This document shows, in pieces, positions 52,290-64,000 of a stretch of 64,000 nucleotides of DNA. A program made the translations under genes and the position numbers. Source of the stretch: Takakia lepidozioides (Eukaryota > Plantae > Bryophyta); NCBI GenBank assembly GCA_030704615.1, contig CM060734.1:12896001-12960000 (forward strand), written 5' to 3'. The notes below the pieces were generated by a model, which did no database searches, was not told the DNA's origin, and saw only the letters and a list, made by a program, of their open reading frames with translations. Each line of letters starts with the position of its first letter. Position 1 is the first letter of the stretch.

Positions 52290-53740
52290 GCCCGCTGCAT
52301 GGAAAAAACGGCGCCGAATTTCCATTCAGCGGACGCACCGTGGCCCTCCCCCCGCCCGAATTTCCATCCTGCAAGCAAGCGGGAGCGCGGCCGGATGGAA
52401 AACCGGCGCCGAATTTCCATCCTGCAGGTAAACCGGAGCGCTAAAGGATGGAAGACCGGCGCCGAATTTCCATCCTGCAAGTAAGTCGGTCCACCTCATG
52501 GATGGAAATCCGGCACCGAATTGGTGGGCATAACGTGCCAAAAAGTGGACCGCAGGCGAAAAACTCTAAGTTGAGTGACTGCTTAGACAAAAAAATACGA
52601 AAAATGAATGAAAATTGTTGATGAAGGGTCGATACGGGCGTCTGTTGATGGATATTCGGCGCCATTTTTCCATCCTGCAGATGATCTCTTTCGGCCACTC
52701 CCCCCGAGACGACTCCATCCGTGTGGCCTTGGATGGAAATACGGCGCCGTTTTTCCATCCTGCAGATGATCTCTTTCGGCCACTCCCCCCGAGACGACTC
52801 CATCTGTGCGACCTTGGATGGAAATACGGCGTCATTTTTCCATCCGAGGGATGTTCTCTGTCGGCCAGATGTCGGCCTCTCCCCCAGAGACGACCTCATC
52901 CGATGGGCCTCGTATGGAAATTCGGTGCCGTTTTTCCATCCGGGGGATGTTCTCTGTCGGCCAGGTGTCGGCCTCTCCCCCCGAGACTACTTCATCCGAA
53001 CGGCCTTGGATGGAAATTCGGCGCCATTTTTCCATCCGAGGGATACTCTCTGTCGGGCAGGTGTCGGCCTCTCCCCACGAGACGACTTCACCCGAACGGC
53101 CTCGGATGGAAATTCGGCGCCGTTTTTCCATCCCAGGGATGTTCTTTGTCGGGCAGGTGTCGGCCTCTCCCCCCGAGATGACTTCATCCGACGGCCCTCG
53201 TATGGAAATTCAGCGTCGTTTTTCCATCCGGGGGATGTTCTCTATCGGCCAGGTGTCGGCCTCTCCCCCCGAGACGACTTCATCTGAACGGCCTCGGATG
53301 GAAATTCGGCGCCATTTTTCCATCCGAGGGATATTCTCTGTCGGGCACGTGGCGGCCTCTCCCCACGAGACGACTTCATCCGACGTGCCTCGTATGGAAA
53401 TTCGGCGCCGTTTTTCCATCCGGGGGATATTCTCTGTCGGCCAGGTGTCGGCCTCTCCCCCCGAGACGACTTCATCCGACGGGCCTCGTATGGAAATACG
53501 GCGCTGTTTTGCCATCCGGGGGATATTCTCTGTAGGCCAGGTGTCGGCCTCTCCCCCCGAGACGACTTCATCCGAACGGCCTCGGATGGAGATTCGGCGC
53601 CGTTCTTCCATCCAAGGGATGTTCTCTGTCGGCCAAGTGTCGGCCTCTCCCCACGAGACGACTTCATCCGACGGGCCTCGTATGGAAATTCGGCGCCATT
53701 TTTCCATCCGTGGGATATTCTCTGTCGGCCAAGTCTCGTC
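52290..53740. repeat. Palindrome array between the divergent genes; 10 x 96-bp tandem units at about 52806-53740
   Basis: GGATGGAAATTCGGCGCCATTTTTCCATCC-type core near 52816, 52912, 53008, 53105, 53200, 53296, 53392, 53488, 53584 and 53680, plus looser copies at 52290-52760. Confidence 0.95.
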
Positions 53741-53977
53741 ACCCTCTGATTTGACGCCATGTTGAATTAAATTCTGCCCCTCATTCCTGGGTACGGCTAT
53801 ATTAAATGTTGCTCTTTTTCTTTGCCACTTGCCCGACCTTCGTTCGTGACCCACGCGTTTCAAACCGAGACAACAACAACACTTGCTCGCTCCGAGCTCC
53901 TCTCACTTCAGCTTCCCCACACTCCCCCTTCCCTGCGCACCCTCTCTGCTTCCTGGTAGCCCTTTCAATAGTCGGCG

Positions 53978-54544
53978 ATGGCGTGCCGGGATCCCAGCAA
54001 CTGCCCAAACAAGCATCTCACCCCGTGGGACTTCTCGCCCAAGTCAGGGGATATTTTCATATACGTGCAGGATTGGATAGACCACTCTCAGCAGAGGAGG
54101 GTGCACCTATCCGCTCTTGAGTACCTTCCTGGTCTCCACAATCAGCCTCGCCGGGACGGGCTTGCGCGGCTTTGGTGCCCGCGAATCGTTGATCTACAGT
54201 TTCCGCCAGCATGGAACATCCCCAAAAGCCGCACGGCCTTCCTACATCATTGGAGGTGCTGCCAGTGGGCCTACAAGGATTGCATCGGGTGTATGTACAT
54301 GTCAGAGAGGATTCCATCGCAAACAGTGTATGGGGACATTCTCATAAGCTACGAGGATGAGTCCTATGGACACAGAGTCTCCACAGCAAAGATCTTGATT
54401 TACGATGGTGCATATATCGGAGGACATGACACCGTTGTCCACTACACCAAAGGCGAACAGGCTGCATCCATTGTCTTCACCTACCGACACCCTATCAGTC
54501 ATGAACTTGGTGAGAGGCCAATCGAGGTTCCAGCTTCTTGGTGA
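53978..54544 (+). CDS. Uninterrupted 188-aa ORF of unknown function upstream of the MULE transposase
   Basis: ATG-initiated, complex composition, no stops, located between the array and the transposase. It could be a separate cargo gene or a first exon. Confidence 0.45.
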   Translation: MACRDPSNCPNKHLTPWDFSPKSGDIFIYVQDWIDHSQQRRVHLSALEYLPGLHNQPRRDGLARLWCPRIVDLQFPPAWNIPKSRTAFLHHWRCCQWAYKDCIGCMYMSERIPSQTVYGDILISYEDESYGHRVSTAKILIYDGAYIGGHDTVVHYTKGEQAASIVFTYRHPISHELGERPIEVPASW

Positions 54545-54759
54545 GAACAGTGCAACACGGGAGCAAATTCCCAACTTACCGGAGCATGGATTGCATGCAT
54601 ACTTTTGGCTTCCCTCAGTTTGTGAGGGCATGCATACTTGTCACAAATTCATTATTAATAAAAATGTCTCCTTTGAACCAAAGTTCCACTTTTTGTGCAA
54701 AGTTGCATTTTGTTGAATGTTGACTTTTGGCAGCGAGGGTCTGGCACTCAATCTTGCAA

Positions 54760-56980
54760 TCAGACCCGCTGGAATGCCACCTCTGCTAGTTCCCTCTGTC
54801 CATGGGGAAGGTGCTTGCACGCTCGCCCCCCCACGCTTCTTGTCAGACGCCACAATTGTTGGTTTGTGCAGCGCATCTGCACTGGTCATATACCTTCTGA
54901 CTGCATACCGTTGGCAGTTATTGCGCAAAGGCCAAGGGCCACATTCCTGGACTACAACAAGTTCGCAATTAAATCCGTTACATGCCTTCCCACAGACGTC
55001 GACGGTAATATCTTCTTTGAGTTCCCTCCTCGAACGGACTATTCGAGGGCGTCCGGAATGTTGATAGATATGGATAGGAAACATGACGGTCATCCTTGGT
55101 GCGTCACCAAAACCACCAGCATGAAGATGCTCGATGGTGTGCGGGTGCGCTATGTTGTTTGTGCGGGCGCCTTGCGGTGTTTCTCTCCAACTTGCTTCCA
55201 CTTTAAATCCAGATGTCACAAGAACGAGACGGATTGGACAGGCACAGCTCATCAACCATTTTGAGCTCAGGAGAAGGTTCCAAACTCCACATTTCAGTGT
55301 GCGCATTGCAAAGAACCACCACATTGCATGTCTGTTTGTAATGCCAAGCAGTTCTCTGTGTTGCACTGTTTCCCTGACCTCACACGAGCTTGCATACACG
55401 TTGGTTCCCATTGTCACAAATTGGCGAGGGGGAACTCGCGGGAGGCTGCCCACGAGGCAGAGCAGCTCGTGCAGGAGGAGGTTAAGTTGAGACCTAGTGC
55501 CAAACCCAAATAGATACAACTGCAAGCCGCCCATAAGATGGCATTGGCCAGAATTATGTTAGAAGATGGCTCCGACAGAGTTCCTCTCGATGAGAAGGAA
55601 ATGGAGGCATTGTTGGAGTCAGTGTTCCACGTCTGTTCACCGAATGTCCGAAACCACATTGTCTCTTGCAAACAGAGAATTGGGCGTGGCTCGGATGTGC
55701 ACTCCATTCTGGAGGTGAAGCGACGATGTGGATATGACTACATTCATGGAAGTAGGTTTTCAGGACAAGGGACTGAGTCAGATTGTTGTTTCGTATTCAA
55801 AATATCAACGTGTGGGCCTGGCAGCGGCGTCGAACTGGTCCACCGGATGACGAGTGGGGACTTGTCAAACAGTTGGGTCATATTCGACCATATCAAGCGA
55901 ATTACAAATCACCAGTGGGTGACAATGGGTGCACATGTCTACGACACCCACTGTAAGATGCTAATGACAAGTGTTATTTGTGAGATGAAAGGAGAGGACA
56001 CACAATCGGAGATGCTTCTTTGGCAAGGAATAAACGAACAGATGGCCAGGGCAGGATTGCCCCCTCCCAATTTCCGTGGTTTCATGGCGGACAACGCACA
56101 AGCAAATTGGGCTGCCATCCGAAGGGTGTACGGGGAAGACCCCAATGTTCCGATGAAAAGCAAGGAGAGATCTTGTGGGTTCCATTTTCTGCAGAGCTTG
56201 TCGCAGTACACAACCAGGCTCGTGGCGCCAGATTTCAGAGAGGAGCACCGTTCCATGTGTCTTGCGTGGAAGCGTGCTACCACCTTGGATGATGCAGAGA
56301 CACAATTTGCATGTATACGGGCTTGGTGGACAACGTCAGGTGCTGTAAAGAAATCAGACGAGGGAACAATGGTCAGTTGGCTAGCATGGTGGCATTATCG
56401 TTTCCTCCAGTTCGGCAACTATATGCGGGAGGTGAGTTTGACGAATTTGCGTCCCGTTGAATATTATGCTAGCTACTCATTATTTGTAATTTGCTTGTAA
56501 CCTCAACATGTGCATGTGCAGGAAATGTGTCTCGACTCCGACACCGACATGCCGACAACAAACATGGCCGAATCAGTACATTCTTCCTGGCGTGCCTCCT
56601 CTGCGGCGCATCTGGTGGACATCCTCACTGCCACAACGGAGGACATTGTGAGGTCAATTATGCAGCAATGCAAGTACAACGAGTTCTTGAAAGGGAAACA
56701 GTGGGGCTTGGGGCTGGACAGGCAGGAAATGCTGATGCGGACTGCCTCCAGATCGAAGAATCCTCAGAAGTGGGCGGCAACCTTGCGAGAGGGCCTTCGG
56801 GACACGCCATTGCTTCGAAGTTGCCAACACTTGGAAGGAGATGTTCACACCCGTCCAGTGAGACGAAGACTTGACGAGGCACCTAGCGGAGAAGAAGATT
56901 CATGGCGAATTGACAAGAATATTTGCACACTCCTTCGTGGTCCCATGATGTTGCCCGAGGAGGTCTCGTCAAGCACCGCA
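54760..56980 (+). pseudogene. MULE-like DDE transposase with GCM-like N-terminal zinc domain (3' truncated)
   Basis: CAGALRCFSPTC...CAHC...CIHVGSHCH; WVIFDHIKR (D), GFMADNAQAN (D), SCGFHF (CxxH), TTNMAESVH (E). Intron 56432-56521; stops at 55262 and 55511; no SWIM domain before the subterminal repeats. Confidence 0.87.
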
Positions 56981-57477
56981 AGTCCGATGTCTGAAAAAAT
57001 GGCGCCGAATCTCCAGTTATATGGCCCAAGAACTGCCCAACATCTGTACAATCCCCGGCACCATGTACCGAAATTCGGCGCCACATTTCCAAATTTTGGG
57101 CTTACACACCTGCCATGTTGGGACCTATAGCCGCGAAATTCGGCACCATTTTTCGCCGGAGACACCTATTACCGTGAAATACGTCGCAGATTTCTCCGGT
57201 TGCGGAAGCTATTATCGCGAAATTCGGTGCCATTTTTGCAGATGTCGCTCGGAATTCGCATGAGCGGAAGACGAAATATCATGAGCACGGCTCTCAAAAC
57301 TACAATTTTTACTTCAAACAATGAATATTATATTCGTTTTTTCTGACACGTTCCATTAAAATAATATATTTTTAATGTTTTTTTTATTTCCAAAATTTGT
57401 ACTTCTGCTCATGAAAACCGATTTTCTTGCTACTCCGCTCATGCCACTCATGCTCATGAATAGCTAACCTCCTTTTA

Positions 57478-60400
57478 TACTATGCTCGAAAGAGCCGTTT
57501 ACAGCCTGCGGTCGTTAATGACCGTTGCCCTAACTGCCTACGCAACCTAAAGGTTTGCCAAAAAGTGGCCCGTGGTCCATGGTCGTGACTCGTGGTCGTG
57601 TGCCTATTGTGGTACATGGCTCACGGCCTCTCACTAACCCTACTAGTAAAGCCTATGCTACCGTGGCCGTGTGATATCGTGGTTCACGGCCCACGGCTAC
57701 TACACTACCCACTACTGCTCCTCGTGGTAGTATGTCTCGTGCTTCGCTGTTGCTAAGTGCCGGGCACTTAGCCTTTTTTGCCTCGTGGCCGGGTAGTGTG
57801 AAGTAAATCACTACCCGCCATGTACCTTTGTGGCTTCAGCTGCCCTGCCCTCGTGGCACTGTCACTTAGCCGTTTTCATTTATCCCCCCCCCCCTCTTTT
57901 GAAATTGTGTCCGCACAATTTCGTCAATTCCGGTGTTTGTTGTGTCTCTTGGGGATGTAGGGTGGTGGCATGCCCGTCTGCTAGTTGAGGAGTGTCTCCC
58001 ATGATGGTGACGGTCGTGGTGACAGCTTCTTGTTCCTGTTGTCATCACTGTCTGGTTCCTCCTGTGGCTCGTGTGTGGGCCAGCTTTCATCATCCGGGTG
58101 TTCTGATATGAATCTTACATCCAGTAATCGGCATCGCAATATCGCCTTTTTTGTGTCTTTGCAAAGGAGGCAACCCCTGGAGGTCGCAACCCCCTGCATT
58201 TACAGTATCTATGATTGCGGATTTTTCCTACGTAATGATTTTTGTTTTAGCTCTATTTTGTTCTGTGAATGCAAACCCCAGACCACTACAACCATGGAAA
58301 AAATTGGACCAAACAAAAAAAAACAAAAAACAAAGAGTTTCTTTCACTCACTATTGCAGAACTCTCTATGAAGAGTGCATGAAGTTGAAAAGAACTCAAC
58401 TTGGGAGTGCAAATGAGGGAAGAAAATATGGTTTTCAGTCCAAATGATTTTTGTTCACTCCCAAAATTTGCACACGCATTGCAAACGCTGTCATTAAGCA
58501 TATGGCTTGGGAACGGAATAAAACAAAATCATGTGCATGTGCAAAAAATCATCATCCCACCTGAGGGGATGAGGAGGAGGATGTGGCGACGGCCGTCAAG
58601 TTTGTTGGGATCGGCACCAATGGTGGTAGAAAAAACTCTGGCCCTATTATACAGCAAGAGAGAAGGAGCACTATTGAGATTGGAAGAAGGGGATCAATTG
58701 ACCCTGGCCTCTGCCATGACTTTTGCAAATGGCAGAGGCCAAGCTGAATGGATCCATTGTTGCAAATCTTTCTAGTCCTCCTTCTGTGCTACAATATAAC
58801 AGGTCTATCTTGCATGTGGGAGACCGTGATCAACCCGGGCGGCCTTATTGTTAAAGACAAAGGGCAGGAAGAGGGGGTGGGGACACTAGGAAAGGAAAAG
58901 GGAAGGGCCATGGGATTAGAGGGTTGAGGGTAGATTGCTTTGGCAATGGCTTTAGCAACATTGTTGTCTTTCACACCAATTTCGAAGATTCTTTCTGTTG
59001 CATCGAGATCATGGTAACCAAATCGATTGAAGGGTTTCCAGGGGTAAGTCTTGGTCAGCACTTGTAGAACAAGAACCATGTCTTCCAACATTCTTGCCCT
59101 CGTACAAAAACTCAACAATCCTAGAGTCACTTTTCGAGTCACAACTTCACTAGAATCATTCCTAGATCGCCACACCTACAAAGGATTTTTTTCATGGATT
59201 TTTCATTAATCAATCATAGAAATAAGCTACATGCATGTACATGTACAATCAATCGAAGGGATGGGTACAATTATGTGCGAGAATTATTATGTAGCTTTGA
59301 TTACGTGTCTAATTAACTTGAACATCATCATCCGGAGCTTCTTCGTCCTCATCAAGCTGCAAGTCTTCTTGCTCATCAGAGTCATTGTCATAAATGGCCT
59401 GGTCACCAAAAGGCACATCTGAATCATCTTCCACCTCGGTTTCAATGACCATGTCTTCATCTTCTTCTCCAACATCTGCATCTAATGGAGCCTCATCGTA
59501 TAGGGTCTGGGATGCATTGTCCGGGGCGTCATCATTCTCTGGTACCCCCTCTATCCAACCTCGGCCAACATCAGCGTCATCATGACCAGTCTCTTCCTCC
59601 TCCGCATCTGCCTCGCCCCATGCAGATCCCCGACCATAATAGGTACGTCTTCCTCTTGGCCGAGCATGCACAACCACCTTCCAATTTCTTGATCCGGAGA
59701 AGAAAACTTGCTCCATGTCTGAAGGCCATGAAAAAGGCTCATCGGAGGGACGATGAGTAGACTCGAGCCTATCTATATTGACGCGCATGAAACCACACTC
59801 GTCTTCCACTATTGTTGCGGATGGCCCCACAAGATGTGGCTGGAACCACCTTGCCTTGAAGATAAGAGGCTGGTGCCTTGTATACTGAAGTTGGAGTATG
59901 CTCTCAAGCTCTCCAAAGTAGTTGAGTGTGCTCATGGTAGGTCGTGTATCTCGCCTGCCCCACACGGAGTCTTGCCAATATGAGGTACACAAGCCAGAAT
60001 CAAACGTTGTTTTGCGCTTCATGTCAAGAGCACAAATGCGGAAATGACGACCATGAACCCAAACCGCCGTGTATGAGGTCGCAAATTGAGAGGGGTCACT
60101 TGCAATGTCTTGCACCAAATCTGAAACCACCTCACCTTTTGGAATGCTATCCTCTACTTCAGTCCGAAGCCAATGGCGGAATGAACTTAGAGGTTCAATT
60201 CCATGGGCAATTCTTGTGAAGGCACATTCCTACGTCGAGCCTTTGCTCGCGGAGCGCGTGTAGTCGCCCTTGCATGGTTCCGCCTCCACGCAACCGTCTC
60301 CTCCTGTCGTTGCTGAGCAAGGTTATTGTATCTTGTCTCCTACTCATGTATGGATGGGGTGTTCTTCAGTATGAACTCATGCGCTTGGTTAATCACCATG

Positions 60401-63199
60401 ATGGGTAATTTTACCCTCTTTGAATTTTTGGACAAAACGATGTTCTTGGTTCGTACATCCTCATCTTCCTTCCACATCGGAGGGGCTTCCTTATCCACCC
60501 TTGCCAAGTACTCCATGCAGTAGAACATAGCCTCTTGCAATGTATACCCCTCCGCCATGCTACCCTCCGGGTGTGCCATTTGTCTTCCTCTAAGTGCACT
60601 ACCAAGTGCAATTGGATGTCAAAGAAGGAGGGAGGAAGGTGCATCTCCAACATACACATGAGCACCGCCGCCTCCTTCTTCATGCGTGGAAAGTCCGCTT
60701 CCTCTAGCTCTTTGGAGCAAATCCACCGGAACAATGCTCCCAATCTATAGACTGTCTCGCGAACCTCGGGAGTCAATGTCCCACGTACTGTAATGGGCAA
60801 GATGTCTTGCAATAGATTGTGGTAGTCATGAGACTTCAAACCATGGACCCCGTCTTCGTTGAACTTCATACGGAGGGATGACCCATAACCAGTTGGTGTT
60901 CGGACAGCTCCTATGGTGGCTATCACTTTCTTGTATTCCTCCTTTGTCCATTGCCAAGGTGCGCGCCTATACTTCCACCGTACAACACCCTTTGGGTCCA
61001 CACCATTTTCTTCGGCCCATAGATGGGGCATGCAACCCTACTCCTCAAGTTCCTTTCTAACACCGAGAGAATATCTTTTCACAGCCACTCCCTTCTTTAC
61101 TGGCGTGCCATGAAGAACACGAAAAAAGGACGAGCAAACATCCTTCTAAATATGCATGGGATCTAGAAGATGACGAGTCTTTAGGTCCTACACATATCCC
61201 CACCCACAAATTCTTACATGTCTATTTTGTCGTGAAAGTGACAATGGAAATCATACAAAACATGCAATATCACATGCATGCATAGCAATATTGATGGTGT
61301 TTTGGTGGAATATGTACCGCCCAATATGGCAACTCGTAGAAGATTGAAAGCCGCTTCATGCCGGGCACCTCCACTTCACCGGACCCCTCCGGATGGGCCT
61401 CCTTCCATCAGTCTTCCCAAAAGTGCCCGGATGGTGTCATAGGTGGGGGATGTAACTCCACTTTGCCATCAAACAAGTGTTTGTCTCTTCTTCTCCAATG
61501 ATGGCTCATAGGAAGAAACTTGCGGTAGTTGGGATACACCATCTTACGAAGACTGCTGGAGCTTTGTGCATCAAGTTCATCGCCACAATGCAGGCGTGCG
61601 TGGTACCCTTTAGTGCTCAACCCCGAGCAAACAGTAAGTCCTGTAGACATTCCGCCACATTAGGAAAGACAAAAAGTTTTCATGTGCATCTACCCCACTA
61701 CGGTGCAGAAGACTGTCGCCGCTACTTCAATCAATCCCAATCCTCATCGATATCCCTTGACAGGTAAATGTACGCGGGTTTCTCATGGGGAACATAATAT
61801 ACCTGGATAATCATGCATTGTCCAAACAAGATGCCTCTCATCTGAAAAGATTGTCCGGCCATAGGGTCAAGTAAAGCATCCAATGTCGGGACCCCCCTCC
61901 ATAGCTCCTTCAGTTCATCAACTAGAGGTCGCAAGTACATGTCCATGTCTTTCACTTGTTTTTTTCCCTATGAGACATTCACATCATTAATTGTTTCAAT
62001 GCTCCACCATGCTAATTATACTTCATAATGAATGACATATCTTACTACATGATTACGTCACTCATCAATCTTCCATCGGAATTGTGCCAAAGAAAAGAAG
62101 ATTAATGTAAAATCCAAAGAAATAATAAGCATGAAATGGGAACACTCACCCGGTACAATGGCAGCCAACATGATATGGCCTTTTTTTTATTGAAAGATAC
62201 GGAGGGATGTTGTAATTCACCATGGTCACCGGCCAAATGGAATGACTACATGACTGGACAGAGCATGGGTTGACCCCATCCGAGGAGAAGCTGAGGCGGA
62301 CATGTCGTGGGTCCTCCAAGAGAAAAGGCCACATCTCTTCAGTATGCCTCCATGCTTGTGAATCTTGTGGCCCGCACACCTTTCCCGGGGGGGCTTCGAT
62401 GCGAGGCGTGCCATCTCATCAGTTGTGCCAATGAGGGGCTTCGGTAGTGTGCCTGCAGTCGCGGGATGATTGGAAAGTAATGCATTTTCTGGCACCATCC
62501 CCATGTCGGCCTTATATCATAATCAGTGTCATTCATATCTGTAAGTAAAACCTTACGTCTTGTAGCGGTTGTAAAAATATAGAATGCAATATACAAGTGT
62601 ATTGTGGCACGGGTATGCCTTGCTCGGGGTTTTCTTCCCTTGAACATCATCCCGATATCGGTCTTTGTTGCACTTTGGACACTTGATGAGTTTTGCATTC
62701 TCTCCGTAGTACAGGGTTTTATCACATGGACATGCATGAAAAATCTTATAGCCCATCCCCACAGCATCCAAGGCTGTTCTTGCCTCTTTTCTTGATCGTG
62801 GCATTCTCGGCTTCAAATGTGGGGCAAGGATGTAGTCCGCAATAGTCCGCATTATGGCAGACATACCCACATTGTCTATGCTAAACCGGATTTGCAAATT
62901 CAGCAACAACAAGATGGTTGAAAGTCTACTCACTTTGGTCCCTTCGTATAAGGGAGTTTTGGCTTCTTTTTCCATGTCATTCAAAGAGTCTGCGTCCTCA
63001 TCTACCATCTGATGCATTAAGAGGTCCTCCATTGCTGCCACATCCTCATGCATAATTTCATTGTCATTGTTGTCCTTATCATCGGAGACCGCCATTTCAG
63101 ACGGGGTCGGGTCCCTTTGATACGCACCCCCCTCCGAAGGAACAAAATCCCGGTTTATGACAAGATCATGAACTTCATGAATTAACGTCGTGGGGTTGT
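57478..63199 (-). mobile_element. CACTA/EnSpm element, interrupted at 63200 by a MULE copy
   Basis: Degenerate terminus TACTATGCTCG at 57478, GCCGTG/CACGGC subterminal repeats to about 57870, ORF2 relics at 57866-59175, and the transposase upstream. Confidence 0.85.
59309..63199 (-). pseudogene. CACTA TnpD-like transposase (Transposase_21 / DUF4218 / DUF4216 architecture)
   Basis: EAKTPLYEG, FHACPCDKTLY...KCPKCNKDRY, YFPIIPRLQ, RLSFSSDGVNP...SIWPV...YNIPP, DMYLRPLVDELKELW, HLLDPMHI, GLKSHDYHNLLQ, PPSFFDIQLHLVVHL, PEGSMAEGY, YFGELESI...FKARWF...DEPF...EQVFF. Frameshifts and stops are present. Confidence 0.95.
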
Positions 63200-64000
63200 G
63201 GAGGTTAGCTATTTCATGAGCATGAGCGGCATGAGCGGAGTAGCAATACAATCGGTTTTCATGAGCAGAAGTACAAATTTCGAAAATAAAAAACATTATA
63301 AAACATTAATTTAATGGAATGTGTCAGAAAAAACAAATATATTATTCGGCACCTTGAAGGGGAAATTGTAGTTTTGAGAGTTGTGCTCATGATATTTCGT
63401 CTTCCGCTCATGCCAATTCCCAGCGACATGTGCAAAAATGGCGCCGAATTTCGCGGTAATAGGGTCCGTAACCGGAAAGAATCGCGACGTATTTCGCGGT
63501 AATAGGTCTCTCTGGCGAAAAATGGTGCCGAATTCCGCGGCTATAGGTCCCCTCATGACAGGTGTGTAAGCCCAAAATTTGGAAATGTGGCGCCGAATTT
63601 CGGTACATGGTGCCGGGGATTGCACAGATGTTGGGCAGTTCTAGGCCATGTAACTGGAAATTCGGCGCCATTTTTCCAGACATCGTTCCCGAGCATGTTC
63701 GGACTTAGCCAGTTTTCGGCCCAAAATAGGTAAATTCGGCGCCATTTTTCCAGACACAGGGGTACCAGTGCATGTTGGGACTTAGCCAGTTTTCGGCCCA
63801 AAATAGAGAAATTCGGCCGCCATTTTTCCAGAAATGGCCCCACAACTGCTTCTGTTGGATCTCAGTTTGAATGGAATATTGCCTCATTCCAAGAGTTTTG
63901 GGGTGCATTTCATTACACTGCAAAAAAAAATCTGATACATGAAAATGCAATTGAAAATATCCATATGGAGGATTCCCTTTGCCTCATCAATGATTTCTGG
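63200..64000 (-). mobile_element. Second copy (inverted, runs off the window) of the 48805-57472 MULE family
   Basis: Begins GGAGGTTAGCTATTTCATGAGCATGAGCGG; 63200-63670 is the reverse complement of about 56990-57472 at high identity. Inserted into the CACTA transposase ORF. Confidence 0.93.

Larger units (their letters stand above)
48805..57472 (+). mobile_element. MULE-like transposon carrying a DNA amino-methyltransferase-fold gene
   Basis: Imperfect TIRs GGGGGCTGCTATTTCATGAGC (48805) and (reverse complement) GGAGGTTAGCTATTCATGAGC (57472), with CATGAGC subterminal repeats. The left end truncates the tandem repeat; the right end matches the second copy at 63200. Confidence 0.88.

Noticed and set aside
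52615-53863. Long overlapping ORFs with 32-aa repeats
   Set aside because: They are open in several frames on both strands because the GC-rich 96-bp unit is a multiple of 3; there is no evidence of coding.
58401-59175. Independent host gene
   Set aside because: It lies between the CACTA transposase and its subterminal repeats and is best explained as a CACTA ORF2 remnant.

Overview
Eukaryotic nuclear DNA from a non-seed land plant; the 5S-derived copy and the transposase families point to a moss or other bryophyte. The window is dominated by nested, mostly decayed transposons. Left to right: the right half of a CACTA element (1-4286); an MCM4 pseudogene; a Ty3/gypsy gag relic; a Helitron2/Helentron-type Rep-helicase with a C-terminal EEP endonuclease; a ~16 kb Sola1-like DDE element with divergent cargo (two FCP1/NIF HAD phosphatase-like ORFs and a ParB-like + amino-methyltransferase-like gene); a cluster of LINE 3' ends containing a 5S-headed SINE3-like copy and a CRE-like insert; an apparently intact Harbinger-derived ALP1/HARBI1-like gene; a MULE derivative with a hairpin array and a tRNA-SINE; ABCC transporter exon relics; an 8.7 kb MULE-like element carrying a beta-class DNA amino-methyltransferase-fold gene; and a CACTA element hit by a second copy of that MULE. 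The standout is a layout shared by two unrelated DNA-transposon superfamilies: a bacterial-type N4C/N6A methyltransferase-fold cargo gene transcribed divergently from the transposase, with family-specific palindromes amplified in the non-coding DNA. This is a candidate transposon-encoded self-marking or anti-silencing system. All domain calls were made by eye from motifs; no searches were run.
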